NCBI GenBank assembly: GCA_016874795.1
Contig: VGTG01000005.1
Location: forward strand, 15,393-79,392
DNA from: Deltaproteobacteria bacterium
GTDB taxonomy: Bacteria; Desulfobacterota; Binatia; UBA12015
DNA: 64,000 bases
Reading direction: 5' to 3'
Shown piece after piece: positions 30,000-40,000 of the stretch. Numbering within the stretch: position 1 is the first letter of the stretch; each line of letters starts with the position of its first letter. The position numbers and the translations under genes were made by a program. The notes below the pieces were generated by a model. That model had not been told where the DNA came from. It made no database searches and saw nothing but the letters and a program-made list of their open reading frames with translations.

Positions 30000-30962
30000 C
30001 TACGGGTCGTAGCGAACGAGGTGTCCCTGCGTCGCGAGGTCGTCGAGAGCGCCCTCGAGATCGCCGCCGGATCCGAGGTAGCGATCGAGGAAGGCGATAA
30101 CGAGGTCACGCGTGCGCTCGAGCGCGGGATCGACCTCGCCGAACACCTCGATCAGATCGACGTGGTCTGCTTCGGATTGGACGACGAGCGCACGCGGCGC
30201 TTCGATCGCGCCGTAGAGGCTCTCCGAGGAAGCCGGTGGGACGATCGGATCGTCGCTCCCGCTCGTCACGAGCGTCGGTGGTCCCGAAGCGGAGATCGGT
30301 CCGAAGAAGCCCTCCGCGGCGATCTCGATGCCCGCGACGAGCACCACCGCACCGACGCGCCGGTCCGTGCAGCACGCGCTCCGGCTGTGCGCGATCGCGG
30401 TGACTCCGCCGAGCGAGTGTCCGAGGATGCCGATCCGCTCCGGATCGATGCGACCCGAGAGGGAGTCGCCGCTCGAGGCGCTCGCGGCGAGGAGCTCGTC
30501 GATCACGAACGAGAGGTCCGCCGGCTGCTCGACGACGTCGCCGATCGCGCTCGGATGTCCGCCTGGCGCCTGGTCGTTCGTCAGCGGGAAGCGGACCGCG
30601 GCGACGACGTAGCCGGCCTCCGCGAGCCAGCGGCCGATCGTCTCGAAGCGCTCCGTGCTGCCGCCGAAGCCGTGCGCGAGAACGAAGAGCGCGCAGCCGT
30701 TTCGGCTGCACGCGGGCGCGCTCCGCGGCGCGCTCGAAGCGAACCAGAGGCGCGTCTGGAGCGTCCGCTCCGGAGCGCCGGGGAACGTCGCGTTCGGGCG
30801 GGTCGCGCGAGAGGAATCGACGAGATCGCGCACTTCGGCCCGGACCTCGACGGGGCCGGAGCCGGCGGGACCCGACCCGACGGGGTCGCTGCTGCCGCAG
30901 GCGGCGAGCGCGAAAAGGAAGGGAAGGGCGAGCGAGGCGCGTGCGCGAGTCCGTGGAGGCAT
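30000..30962 (-). CDS. Alpha/beta hydrolase lipoprotein
   Basis: Lipobox LAAC; AHGFGG, GHSLGG nucleophile, D and H triad candidates. Confidence 0.85.
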   Translation of the reverse strand: MPPRTRARASLALPFLFALAACGSSDPVGSGPAGSGPVEVRAEVRDLVDSSRATRPNATFPGAPERTLQTRLWFASSAPRSAPACSRNGCALFVLAHGFGGSTERFETIGRWLAEAGYVVAAVRFPLTNDQAPGGHPSAIGDVVEQPADLSFVIDELLAASASSGDSLSGRIDPERIGILGHSLGGVTAIAHSRSACCTDRRVGAVVLVAGIEIAAEGFFGPISASGPPTLVTSGSDDPIVPPASSESLYGAIEAPRALVVQSEADHVDLIEVFGEVDPALERTRDLVIAFLDRYLGSGGDLEGALDDLATQGHLVRYDP

Positions 30963-31024
30963 CCGCGGACCCTACTCCGCCCGGCCGAAGCGGACCAGAG
31001 GGTGCGTCCGTCGCCGGAGCGCTT

Positions 31025-32176
31025 CTACGCGCCCGGCACGTCCAGCCCGTAGACGCGGGCCGCCGTCTCGTAGAGCACCTTCCGCTGTACGCGCGGCTCG
31101 AGCTTGCCCAGGGTCTGATGCACCTTCTCGCGCACGCCGGGGTAGAGGCACGTCGGGTGCGGGAAGTCGGTCTCGAACATCAGGTTGTCCTCGCCGAGCT
31201 TGTCGAGCGCCGTCGCGATCTCGTTCTCGAACCAGTAGGACGCGTAGATCTGGCGCTGGAAGTACTCGCGCGGTCGGAGGCCGAGTCCCTTCACCCCGTT
31301 CTCGTCCATCTGGTACTCGGCGCACTCGATCAGGAACGGGATCCAGCCGACGCCGCTCTCGACCGAGACGAAGTTCAGCTTCGGGAACCGGTCGAGAAGT
31401 CCGCTGAAGATCAGGTTCGTGATGCAGCGCATGTTGCCCATGTCGGCGAGGGTCGACATCGCCGCGATCCATGCGCCTTCGCTCGGGCTCTTCCACACGG
31501 CGCCCATCGGACCGCCGCCGCCGATGTGGAAGTTGACCGGGAGACCGCGCTCCTGTGCCGCGGCCCACAGCGGATCCCAGTGCGGCTCCGAGAGCATCGG
31601 AAAGCCCCACACCTCGGGCGAGTCCGTGATCACGATCCCGGTGAGCCCGAGCTCGTCGTGGCTCCGCTCGAGCTCGCGCACCGACAGGTCGATGTCCCAG
31701 ATCGGGAGAACTGCCTGCGGGAAGAGGCGGCCGCCGCTCTCCGCCTGGATCGCCGCGACGCCGTCGTTGTAGCCCGTCACGCAGAAGTTCCGCAGCGCCT
31801 CGTCCTTGACGTTCATCACGAAGCTGCCCGTGAAGCCGAGGACGTTCGGGTAGAGGATCTGCATCGTGATGCCGAAGTCGTCCATCACGGCGAGCCGCGC
31901 GGCCGTCTGCGAAGCGCCCGGATGGACCTCGGCGAAGGTGTCCAGCGAGACGCGGCCGTTCGCCTTGCTCCCGTCCGGACGGATCACGCAGTAGCCGACC
32001 GGGCCGAGAACGAGATCGCGATCGACGACCCACTGCTCGCGTCCGTCGGGCGTGCGCTCGACGCGCGGCGCCCGGTCGCGGAGGCTCGCCGGTGCACGCG
32101 ACATCCAGAAGTCCGGCGGCTCCGTGAAGTGCGTGTCGACGTCGACGATCGGCATTGCGTCGAGATCTCGTTCCAT
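31025..32176 (-). CDS. Amidohydrolase_2 family protein
   Basis: DVDTH, FHIG, SVESGVGW, FETDFPHP. Confidence 0.9.
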   Translation of the reverse strand: MERDLDAMPIVDVDTHFTEPPDFWMSRAPASLRDRAPRVERTPDGREQWVVDRDLVLGPVGYCVIRPDGSKANGRVSLDTFAEVHPGASQTAARLAVMDDFGITMQILYPNVLGFTGSFVMNVKDEALRNFCVTGYNDGVAAIQAESGGRLFPQAVLPIWDIDLSVRELERSHDELGLTGIVITDSPEVWGFPMLSEPHWDPLWAAAQERGLPVNFHIGGGGPMGAVWKSPSEGAWIAAMSTLADMGNMRCITNLIFSGLLDRFPKLNFVSVESGVGWIPFLIECAEYQMDENGVKGLGLRPREYFQRQIYASYWFENEIATALDKLGEDNLMFETDFPHPTCLYPGVREKVHQTLGKLEPRVQRKVLYETAARVYGLDVPGA

Positions 32177-32214
32177 TGCGTTCTCCTCCGCCGGCGCCGT
32201 CGCGCCGATCGTGC

Positions 32215-33555
32215 TCAGCGCCGTTGCAGCCGCTTCGCGGAGGGAAGCCGGTGCGGCGTCGTGTTGCCGGAGTCGTCCGGGAACCGGAGGAACGGCTTCC
32301 GGCCTCGCGCGGGCGAGTAGTCCGTGCACTCGAGGCTCGACTCGATCGCCGCGAGCGTGTCGAGCGCCGCCCCGAGGACGGTCTGAACGTCCTGTCCGTC
32401 GAACGCTTGCGGCCCCGCGTCGACGATCGCGCGGAGCGCGTCCGAGGTGGTGCGGAGCGTGCTCTGATCCTCGGGCCGGAAGAGGTCGAGATCGGTGATC
32501 CCGCCGCGGACGATCCGATCGAGGATGACCGCGTCGTCGTACGTCGCGAGCGCGGGATTCGGTGCGACGAACGGCAGCCGGTCCTCGCGCTCGGCGAGCG
32601 TCGCCGAGAGCCGGTACGCGATCCGCGTCTGCTGCTCGAGCTTCTCGAAGTCGACGAGCTTCGCTTCGTCGTCGACGGTGTGATAGCAGGCGCCGGTCGC
32701 GTCGCTGAAGAAGACGGTCGGCACCTCGGCCGCGACGAAGCTCGCGTAGTCGCTGCGGAGCTGGCCGAAGATGTAGCTGAGACGCGCGACCGTGAGCGGG
32801 TCCGGCGCGGCGATCGTCCGCTCGGCACCGGCCGCTTCGTCGACCAGCGCGCCGAAGGCCTCACCGCCGGTCTCGGAGCTGATCGCGAACGTCGTGCGCG
32901 CGACCGCGGGCGTCAGCGCCGCGCCGAGGATGTCGAAGTTGACGTACGCGACGGTCTGCTCGATCGGAACGGGCGGGTTGGAGACGTAGTGCAGGGAGCC
33001 GAGGAGGCCGGCCTCCTCCGCGTCCCAGAGCGCGATGATCACGGAGCGCCGCGGCGCCTCCGGCAGCGCGCGGATCGCGCTTCCGACGGCCACCGCGGCG
33101 GCCGTTCCGGCGGCGTTGTCGGTTGCGCCGTTGTAGACGAGGTCTTCGCCGAGCGCGCTCCGCGTCGTCCCGAGGTGGTCGTAGTGCGCGCCGACGATCA
33201 CGTACTCGTTCGGTAGCTCGCGCCCGCGGATGAAGGCGAGGAGGTTCGTGCCGGCAGCGAACGGCTGCTTGTAGTCGTCGTCCTCGGTCCCGCCGTTCAG
33301 GCCCGGACCGATCCTGCGAAGCAGGTCGATGAGATACGCCTGGCTCCGCTCGGAGCCGCGCGTTCCTGGCGCGCGCCCCTCGAACGAGTCGCTGGCGAGC
33401 TTGGCGGTGAGGTCGCGCACGCCGGCGTCGGCGATCGCGGCGCCCGCTTCGATCTGGCCGGGGGTGAGGGCCCACGCCGAGGGGCCCGGGACCGAGAGAG
33501 TCGCTGCGGCGAGGAGGGACGAGACCAAGGGAAACGATCGGATCGTTCGAATCAT
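32215..33555 (-). CDS. Secreted M28 family peptidase
   Basis: Signal peptide; GAHYDH, GATDNAAG, AEEAGLLGS, NFD, SDY, YHTVDD. Confidence 0.9.
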   Translation of the reverse strand: MIRTIRSFPLVSSLLAAATLSVPGPSAWALTPGQIEAGAAIADAGVRDLTAKLASDSFEGRAPGTRGSERSQAYLIDLLRRIGPGLNGGTEDDDYKQPFAAGTNLLAFIRGRELPNEYVIVGAHYDHLGTTRSALGEDLVYNGATDNAAGTAAAVAVGSAIRALPEAPRRSVIIALWDAEEAGLLGSLHYVSNPPVPIEQTVAYVNFDILGAALTPAVARTTFAISSETGGEAFGALVDEAAGAERTIAAPDPLTVARLSYIFGQLRSDYASFVAAEVPTVFFSDATGACYHTVDDEAKLVDFEKLEQQTRIAYRLSATLAEREDRLPFVAPNPALATYDDAVILDRIVRGGITDLDLFRPEDQSTLRTTSDALRAIVDAGPQAFDGQDVQTVLGAALDTLAAIESSLECTDYSPARGRKPFLRFPDDSGNTTPHRLPSAKRLQRR

Positions 33556-33593
33556 TTCCCGGATCCATACTTCTTGCCTACGATTCCGGGCAA

Positions 33594-35516
33594 GTGCAGT
33601 CCGTCCATCAGCCGGCCCTCGACGGGCTCCGCGGCGCGTGTCTGATCGCCGTCCTTCTGTTCCACTCGGAGCGCTCGTGGATGTCAGGCGGGTTCCTCGG
33701 CGTCTCCACGTTCTTCACGCTCTCGGGCTTCCTGATCACGACGCTGCTGCTCGAGGAGCACGAGGCGAGCGGAACCCTCTCGTTGCGCGGCTTCTGGACG
33801 AAGCGCCTGCGCCGACTTCTCCCCGCGGCGACGCTGACGGTTGCGGCGGTCGTCGCCTCGGCGCCTCTCTGGCTCGACGGAACGCAGCGCGAGCGCCTCG
33901 CCGACGACGCGCTCGCGACGCTCTTCTGCGTCGTGAACTGGCGCTTCGCGGGCGGCGAGTATGCGTACACGCTGATCTTCACGGACCCGTCGCCGTTCCA
34001 GCACTTCTGGTCGCTCGCGATCGAGGGCCAGTTCTATCTCGTTTTCCCGCTCGCCGTGGGGCTGGCGCTCCGGCTCGGCGGCGGCCGGCGGACGCTCGCG
34101 GTCGTCGCGATGGTTCTTCTCGTCGGATCGGTCGCGATCGGCGTCCTGGCCGGTCCCCTGCAGCGGGCGCAGGACCGCCTCTACTATGGGACCGACGCGC
34201 GCGCCGCCGAGCTTCTCGCGGGCGTTCTTTTAGCTTGTCTCGCCCGCGGCGGCGCGGTCCCTCTGCGCGGAGCCGCGGCCCGGCTCCTCGCCATGGCGGG
34301 GACGATCGCGGCGATCGCGATTCTCGCCGCCTGGTCGCGCGCAGAGGTTGCGGATGCGTGGCTCTACCGGGGAGGGTTCGCCGCGTACGCTCTCGCTTCG
34401 GCGATCGTGATCGCGGCTGCGACGGCTCCGCGCGGCCCGGTCCGAGCGGTTCTCTCCGCCGGCACGCTCCGCGGGATCGGCGAGGTCTCGTACGGCGCGT
34501 ACCTCTATCACTGGCCGATCTTTCTCGTGCTCTCCGCCGAGCGGACGGGCCTGTCGCCCGCAACGCTTCTCGCCGTCCGCGTCGCGATCACCCTCGCGCT
34601 CGCGGCCCTTTCCCATCGATTCTTCGAGCTGCCCATCCGCCGCGCCGAGGTGCTGCGCGGGAGAAGCTTCGGTTTCGCTGCGACGGGAGCCGTCGCGGCC
34701 GTCGCCGCACTCGCGCTCGCCTCGAGCCCGATCTCGATCGAATTGCGCGGGCACTTGGCGCTGCACCGCGCACGTGAAATCCTGGAAGTCGGAACCGCGC
34801 GCTCCACGGAGGCTCCACGCTTCGCGATCTTCGGCGATTCGACCGCGGCGAGCTTGTGGAAGGGTCTCGGGCCGTGGCTGAGGGAGGAAGGGGGAGGGCA
34901 GACCGTGCCGGGCTCGGCGATCCTGGGCTGCGGGCTCATGACGTTCGGCGAGATCGAGAATCGCGGCGCCTGGCGGAAAGAGTGGAAGATGTGCCGCGGC
35001 ATGCCCGAGGCCTGGAGGGAGAGCGCGGAGCGCGCCCGCCCCGACGTCGCGATCGTCCTCGTCGGCTCATGGGAAGCGCGCAATCGACGCACGTCGCCGG
35101 ATGCGAAGACGATCGCGCTCGGCGATCCGGAGGTCGACGCGGCCGCGCGGAGCGCGATCGAGTCCGCGGTCGACGGCCTCACGGCGACGGGTGCGACGGT
35201 GGTATGGCTCACGTCGCCGCGCATCCGCGTTCCGCCGCGGAAGGGGCGGCTCTTCGACTCGGACCGGGCCGCTTCGGATCCGGCGCGCATGGATCGCCTC
35301 AACGAGATCGTCCGGGAGATCGCGCAGACGCGCCCCGAGATGCGGATCGTCGACCTGGCGACCTTCCTTCGCGATTGGCCGGGCGGCGAGCTCGACGAGT
35401 CGATCCGCACCGAGGGCGTGCATTTCTCCACCGAAGGTGCGAGCGAGATCGCGCGGCGTTGGCTGGGGCCGGAGATCGTGCGCGAGTATCGCCAGCGAAG
35501 CGGTTCGGGCGGATGA
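33594..35516 (+). CDS. Acyltransferase-3 plus SGNH domain O-acyltransferase (OafA/OatA-like)
   Basis: LDGLRG, FFTLSGFLIT, RLRRLLP, HFWSLAIE, SYGAYLYHW; SGNH GDS...EGVH. Confidence 0.88.
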   Translation: MQSVHQPALDGLRGACLIAVLLFHSERSWMSGGFLGVSTFFTLSGFLITTLLLEEHEASGTLSLRGFWTKRLRRLLPAATLTVAAVVASAPLWLDGTQRERLADDALATLFCVVNWRFAGGEYAYTLIFTDPSPFQHFWSLAIEGQFYLVFPLAVGLALRLGGGRRTLAVVAMVLLVGSVAIGVLAGPLQRAQDRLYYGTDARAAELLAGVLLACLARGGAVPLRGAAARLLAMAGTIAAIAILAAWSRAEVADAWLYRGGFAAYALASAIVIAAATAPRGPVRAVLSAGTLRGIGEVSYGAYLYHWPIFLVLSAERTGLSPATLLAVRVAITLALAALSHRFFELPIRRAEVLRGRSFGFAATGAVAAVAALALASSPISIELRGHLALHRAREILEVGTARSTEAPRFAIFGDSTAASLWKGLGPWLREEGGGQTVPGSAILGCGLMTFGEIENRGAWRKEWKMCRGMPEAWRESAERARPDVAIVLVGSWEARNRRTSPDAKTIALGDPEVDAAARSAIESAVDGLTATGATVVWLTSPRIRVPPRKGRLFDSDRAASDPARMDRLNEIVREIAQTRPEMRIVDLATFLRDWPGGELDESIRTEGVHFSTEGASEIARRWLGPEIVREYRQRSGSGG

Positions 35517-36658
35517 AGCCCAGGTTTCTCGTTCTCGCTCTCGTTCTCGTCGCCGTCGTCGCGGCCGGGGCGATGCCCGCGTGCGCGCACGCATCGTTCC
35601 TGTCCGAATCGATCGCGGACGGGAAGAGCTGGCTCTCCGAGCACGACGTCGAGCTCTCGCTCGATGCGGCGTTCTTCGAGGAGTACGCGAGCCGTACGAT
35701 CGACGACGTCGCGAAGGACACCGCGACGTTCGCGTGGCTTCTGACGGGCGACTGGCGGTTTCTCGAATCCGGGCGCTTCGGGAACACCCACTTCGACTTG
35801 ACGCTGCTCGGCAGCGTCGGGCTCGGCTACGACACGGCGACGAATTCGCTCGGCGAGCGCGTCGGGACGATCTCCGGATTGAACAACGTCATCTATCCGG
35901 ACGGATTCGCCGTGGACGAGGTCTACTTCAAGCAGGTGCTGCCGAAGGATTGGTTGGTGCTCGAGGTCGGCATCCTCGACATGACGTACTACTTCGATAC
36001 GAACGCCGCCGCGAACAACGGCTTCACGCAGTTCTTCTCCTTCGCGTTCGAGGACAACCTCTCGATTCCGTTCCCGGTCTACGGCGGGCTCGGCGTGCGC
36101 GGCACGTTGAACCTCTGGAAGAGCCTGTACGTCCTGGCCGCCGCGAGCGAATCGTCCTCGACGCCGCGCACGACTCCGTGGGAGACGTTCGGCGCAGGCT
36201 CGTGGTGGGAGCTGTTGGAGATCGGCGTCCGCGTCGAGGTCGGATCGCTCGGCAAGGGCACGTATCGCCTGATTCCCTGGCACAACCGGATAAGCGGGGG
36301 AGGCGGCTTCGGCGTCGGATTGAACTTCGAGCAGAACCTCGCGTCGAAGCGTCTCACCGCGTTCGGGCGCTTCGGCATCGGGGATCCGGCCGAGACGGCC
36401 GTGAAGGGCACGGCTTCGCTGGGGCTCTCCTTCGCCGACCCGTTCGCGCGGGAGGGGGACGCCGTCGCGGGCGCCGTCTCGTGGGCGGATCCGAGCGATC
36501 CGGGTCCCTCCGAGACGTTCCTCGAGCTCTTCTATCTCTTCAACCTCACCGACGAGATCGGGATCACACCCGACCTGCAGGTGATCGTGAACCCTTCGGG
36601 CTTCCCGGACGCGGACGTGGTGCTCGTGGGTGGGGTGCGTCTCGTCCTCGCGTTTTGA
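35513..36658 (+). CDS. Carbohydrate-selective porin (OprB-like)
   Basis: Signal peptide; FDTN..AN...QF, ELFYLFNLTDEIGITPDLQVIVNP, C-terminal F. Confidence 0.75.
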   Translation: MKPRFLVLALVLVAVVAAGAMPACAHASFLSESIADGKSWLSEHDVELSLDAAFFEEYASRTIDDVAKDTATFAWLLTGDWRFLESGRFGNTHFDLTLLGSVGLGYDTATNSLGERVGTISGLNNVIYPDGFAVDEVYFKQVLPKDWLVLEVGILDMTYYFDTNAAANNGFTQFFSFAFEDNLSIPFPVYGGLGVRGTLNLWKSLYVLAAASESSSTPRTTPWETFGAGSWWELLEIGVRVEVGSLGKGTYRLIPWHNRISGGGGFGVGLNFEQNLASKRLTAFGRFGIGDPAETAVKGTASLGLSFADPFAREGDAVAGAVSWADPSDPGPSETFLELFYLFNLTDEIGITPDLQVIVNPSGFPDADVVLVGGVRLVLAF

Positions 36659-36809
36659 TCCGATCGAATGGACTGGGTAGTCTACTCGATTGGACACCTA
36701 CGGTCGTCCAGCAGATCGAAAGTCTCGATCTCACGCTTTGTTCCACGCAGGCACCGGCCTCGCTGCCCATCGGGCAATCGTGGCACTGGGCTTGCTGCTC
36801 TGGGTAAGC

Positions 36810-37172
36810 GTGGAATCTCCTCGAGCATCAAGGCGATCGTCGGAATCCCGCAACGGCTCGCGAGCCCGGTCTCGGGCGCGCATCAGCGGACCGAGGCGTC
36901 CTCCGCATCCGGGTCAGCTTCTCGCGAAGACGGTGCTCCCCCGCCTCGGAGTCTCGATCAGCCAGGCGGCGCGCGAGCTCGGCGTGACGAGGCAGACCCT
37001 GCACCGCTTGATGGCGGCGCAGGTCCCCGTCACGCCGGGGATCGCTCTCCGTCTCGGACGTTACTCCGGGCGCCCGGCGGAGCTCTGGCTGCTACTCCAG
37101 CAGGCGCACGATCTGTGGCATTCGCGGCGCGTGCTGCGCTCGCAGCTGACGCGCATTCCGAGCCGCGGCTAG
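36810..37172 (+). CDS. HigA-family XRE antitoxin/regulator (orphan; start uncertain)
   Basis: PPHPGQLL...AARELGVTRQTL...ALRLGR...WLLLQQAHDLW is a HigA/YddM-like pattern. Confidence 0.75.
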   Translation: MESPRASRRSSESRNGSRARSRARISGPRRPPHPGQLLAKTVLPRLGVSISQAARELGVTRQTLHRLMAAQVPVTPGIALRLGRYSGRPAELWLLLQQAHDLWHSRRVLRSQLTRIPSRG

Positions 37173-37179
37173 GCTTAGG

Positions 37180-37647
37180 CTACTTCGCCTTGCGCGCCGG
37201 CCCTCGCCGGCGCTTCCCGCCGCGCTTCTTGGTCGCGGACTTCGCCGGGCTTGCGTGCCCCGAGCCAGCCGCCTTCTCGTACTGGCCCTTGCCGATCCGC
37301 TTGACCTTCTTCGCTTCGAGCCAGCGGTTCAGCGCCGGGTAGACCTGAGCTCGGCCCTTCTGCTGTGCCTCCGGCTTGGCCATCACGTCGTCGACCGAGA
37401 AGGTCTTCGGAAGTCCCTCGAGGAGGGCATCCCAGCTGACGCGCGAGCTGCCTCCGCCCGAGCCGATCCGGCGCAAGGCGGCGACGCCTCCCCTGCCCCC
37501 GGCGCCCGCGCGACCGACCGCATCGCGCCAACGGTCTGCTTCGGCGAGCAGCTTTTTCAGCTCCGCCTCGCGCCGACCGATCTCTGCACCGAGTAGCGCC
37601 AACGTCCGTTGTGCATGCTTCTTAACCTGGTTGAAGACGTCGCTCAT
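37180..37647 (-). CDS. Hypothetical basic protein: coiled coil, winged-helix-like domain, Lys/Arg tail
   Basis: 155-aa ORF with AGAGGGG RBS; heptad N-terminus, VKRIGKGQY wing-like motif. Confidence 0.7.
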   Translation of the reverse strand: MSDVFNQVKKHAQRTLALLGAEIGRREAELKKLLAEADRWRDAVGRAGAGGRGGVAALRRIGSGGGSSRVSWDALLEGLPKTFSVDDVMAKPEAQQKGRAQVYPALNRWLEAKKVKRIGKGQYEKAAGSGHASPAKSATKKRGGKRRRGPARKAK

Positions 37648-37805
37648 TGTTCATCCCCTCTTGCGATACTCCCTGCTTACTTCGTTACTTGATCCAGGGC
37701 GTTCTTGAAAGAGTAACAGAAACCGGACACGTTCCCAGCGAAAAGGCCGACACTTTCCCAGGATGAGGCGGGCGCGGGCTCATCCAACGAACGGAGGGGA
37801 AGAAC

Positions 37806-38454
37806 GTGAGGGACGATCATGACGAGCTCGAAGCGAGCGAACGGCCGCGTGAGCTCCGTCTGACCCGGCGCGGTTTCCTACGGACGGGCGCGGCGACGGT
37901 GGTCGCGGGTGGAACGATTCCCTGGGCAGGGCCTTCCGAGGCCGCACCTTCGAGCTCTACTTACGTCCCCCGTCCGAATGCGAATCGTTACCTCTTTCGA
38001 GTCCGTACGACGACCCTGAACCCCGACGGCAAGAAGGACGTCTACGGAGTCACGGTCGACGGGAAGTACCCGGGGCCGGAGATACGGGCCCGTGAGGGTG
38101 ATCTCCTCCGTATCGAGGTCGCAAACGACCTCAGGGACGACAATACGGCCATTCATTGCCTATCCGAAGGCGGATCCCCTCCTCATCCGTCAGGGCGAGC
38201 GCGTACAGATCGAGCTCGTCAATCAGACGATGATGTGGCACCCGATGCACCTCCACGGCCACTTCTTTCGCCTGCTGCAGGGAGCCGGCGATCGCGCTCC
38301 GCTGAAGCACACCGTCAACGTGGCGCCGCGCGAGAGCGTCCGGATCGAGTTCACCGCCGACAATCCGGGGCGGTGGTTCTTCCACTGCCACAACCTCTAT
38401 CACCTCGAGGCGGGGATGGCGCGCGTCTTCGAGTACGAGTCGCCGAAGTCCTGA
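37806..38454 (+). pseudogene. Multicopper oxidase remnant with large internal deletion and frameshift
   Basis: Tat RRGFL plus domain 1 up to TAIH, then another frame gives the last domain HPMHLHGH...WFFHCHNLYHLEAGM; junction ~38157. Confidence 0.85.
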
Positions 38455-38619
38455 TCAGAACGACGAAAGCGCGCCCAGCACGGAATGGACGACGATCAGG
38501 CGCCGGCAGTCTCTCGGCAAGAGACGAATCATCCTCGGGGCCAGCAGGCGCCCATCGCACTCGAGCGCGGCGCCGTCAAGGACGCGGTCCGCAAGGCATG
38601 TCGCTCAGAGACCCTTCTC

Positions 38620-39228
38620 TTAGTCCTCGGCGATCATGCGATCGATCGCCTGCTCGAGCTCGGCGCCGCCGCCGAGCTTCGGCGCGAGGATCTTGCCGAA
38701 CGAGATGTGGAAGTCCGTGGGCCACGACTCGTGCTCCCAGAGCTGCGAGCGCTTGAACGCCTTCGCGCAGTGGAAGAAGCAGCGCTCGACGTGGAGACGG
38801 ATCGCGAGCAGCGCGGGCTGTCCGCGCGTCGAGAGACGCTCGAGAACCGCCGGATCCTTCGTCAGCTCCGCCGAGCCCTGCACGCGAAGCGTCTCGCCGG
38901 TGCCGGGCACCAGGAAGATCGCCGCGATCTTCGGATTCGCGAGGATGTTCTGCAGCCTGAAGATCAGGCGATTCCCCTTCCGATCGGGAATCAGCAGCGT
39001 CTGCTCGTCGACGACGACGAAGCCCGGCCGCCCGTCGCCCTTCGGCGAGACCTCCGGCACGCCGTCCGGCGTGGACGTCGCGAGCAGCAGGAGCGGCGAC
39101 GTCTCGATGAAGCGAATCGCGTTCGGCTCGAGCGATTCGAAGACCTTCGAGCGAACGACGGGCGACTCCTCGCCGATGATGGCGCGCACCTGCTCGATCG
39201 TCGTGAGAGCGTGGGGATCGGACGTCAT
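38620..39228 (-). CDS. Pyridoxamine 5'-phosphate oxidase-like FMN-binding protein (MSMEG_1061-like)
   Basis: SPKGD.PGFV, PDRKGN, ETLRVQG, FFHCAKAFKRSQLW. Confidence 0.88.
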   Translation of the reverse strand: MTSDPHALTTIEQVRAIIGEESPVVRSKVFESLEPNAIRFIETSPLLLLATSTPDGVPEVSPKGDGRPGFVVVDEQTLLIPDRKGNRLIFRLQNILANPKIAAIFLVPGTGETLRVQGSAELTKDPAVLERLSTRGQPALLAIRLHVERCFFHCAKAFKRSQLWEHESWPTDFHISFGKILAPKLGGGAELEQAIDRMIAED

Positions 39229-39262
39229 GGGGTTTTCTCCGAGGGGAAGGGCCGCGAGATCG

Positions 39263-39919
39263 TCAGTGCGATGCGGCGTCCTCTCCCCAGACCTCTGCGA
39301 GACGCTCGTCGCGCCCGCAGGTGTAGCGGTAGTAGCGATAGCGGACCGGATTCTCCTGGTAGTAGTTCTGGTGGTAGTCCTCGGCCGGGTAGAACGGTGC
39401 GGCCTGGACGATGCGCGTCACGATCGGCTCGGGGACGCGCTTCTTCTTCTCGGCGGCTGCCTTCGACTTCTCGGCGAGCTGCCGCTCCTCGTCGCTCTGC
39501 ACGAAGACCGCGCTCAGGTACGTGTCGCCGCGGTCGCAGAATTGACCGCCGCCGTCCGTCGGATCGACGTTCGGCCAGAAGACCTCGAGCAGCTTCTCGT
39601 ACGAGACGCGCCTCGGATCGTAGACGACCTGCACGGCCTCGATGTGCCCGGTGCCGCCTTCGCCGACCTGCTCGTACGTCGGGTTCGGGACGGTGCCGCC
39701 GGTGTAGCCGGACGTCGTCGAGACGACGCCCTCGAGATCGTCGAACGGCTTCTCCATGCACCAGAAGCAGCCGCCGGCGAACACGGCGGTCGCCGTGCTC
39801 GTGGCCTTCGGGTCCTTCTCGGCGGCCGGGACCGCGACGGCGACGGCCAGGAGGATGCTCAGCGCGACGCAGGTCGTCCACCGGGGCGCTCTCGCCTGCT
39901 CGTTCTTCGCGACGTTCAT
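39263..39919 (-). CDS. msrA: Peptide-methionine (S)-S-oxide reductase with signal peptide
   Basis: GGCFWCME, GHIEAVQV, AEDYHQ, CGRD. Confidence 0.95.
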   Translation of the reverse strand: MNVAKNEQARAPRWTTCVALSILLAVAVAVPAAEKDPKATSTATAVFAGGCFWCMEKPFDDLEGVVSTTSGYTGGTVPNPTYEQVGEGGTGHIEAVQVVYDPRRVSYEKLLEVFWPNVDPTDGGGQFCDRGDTYLSAVFVQSDEERQLAEKSKAAAEKKKRVPEPIVTRIVQAAPFYPAEDYHQNYYQENPVRYRYYRYTCGRDERLAEVWGEDAASH

Positions 39920-40000
39920 CTCGGTTCGATGCCTCGCCCGCTCACGACGTTACCAGGCTCGCGAGGCCCCTGCCCACCGGTGGTCCGTCGAAGCGCGCCA

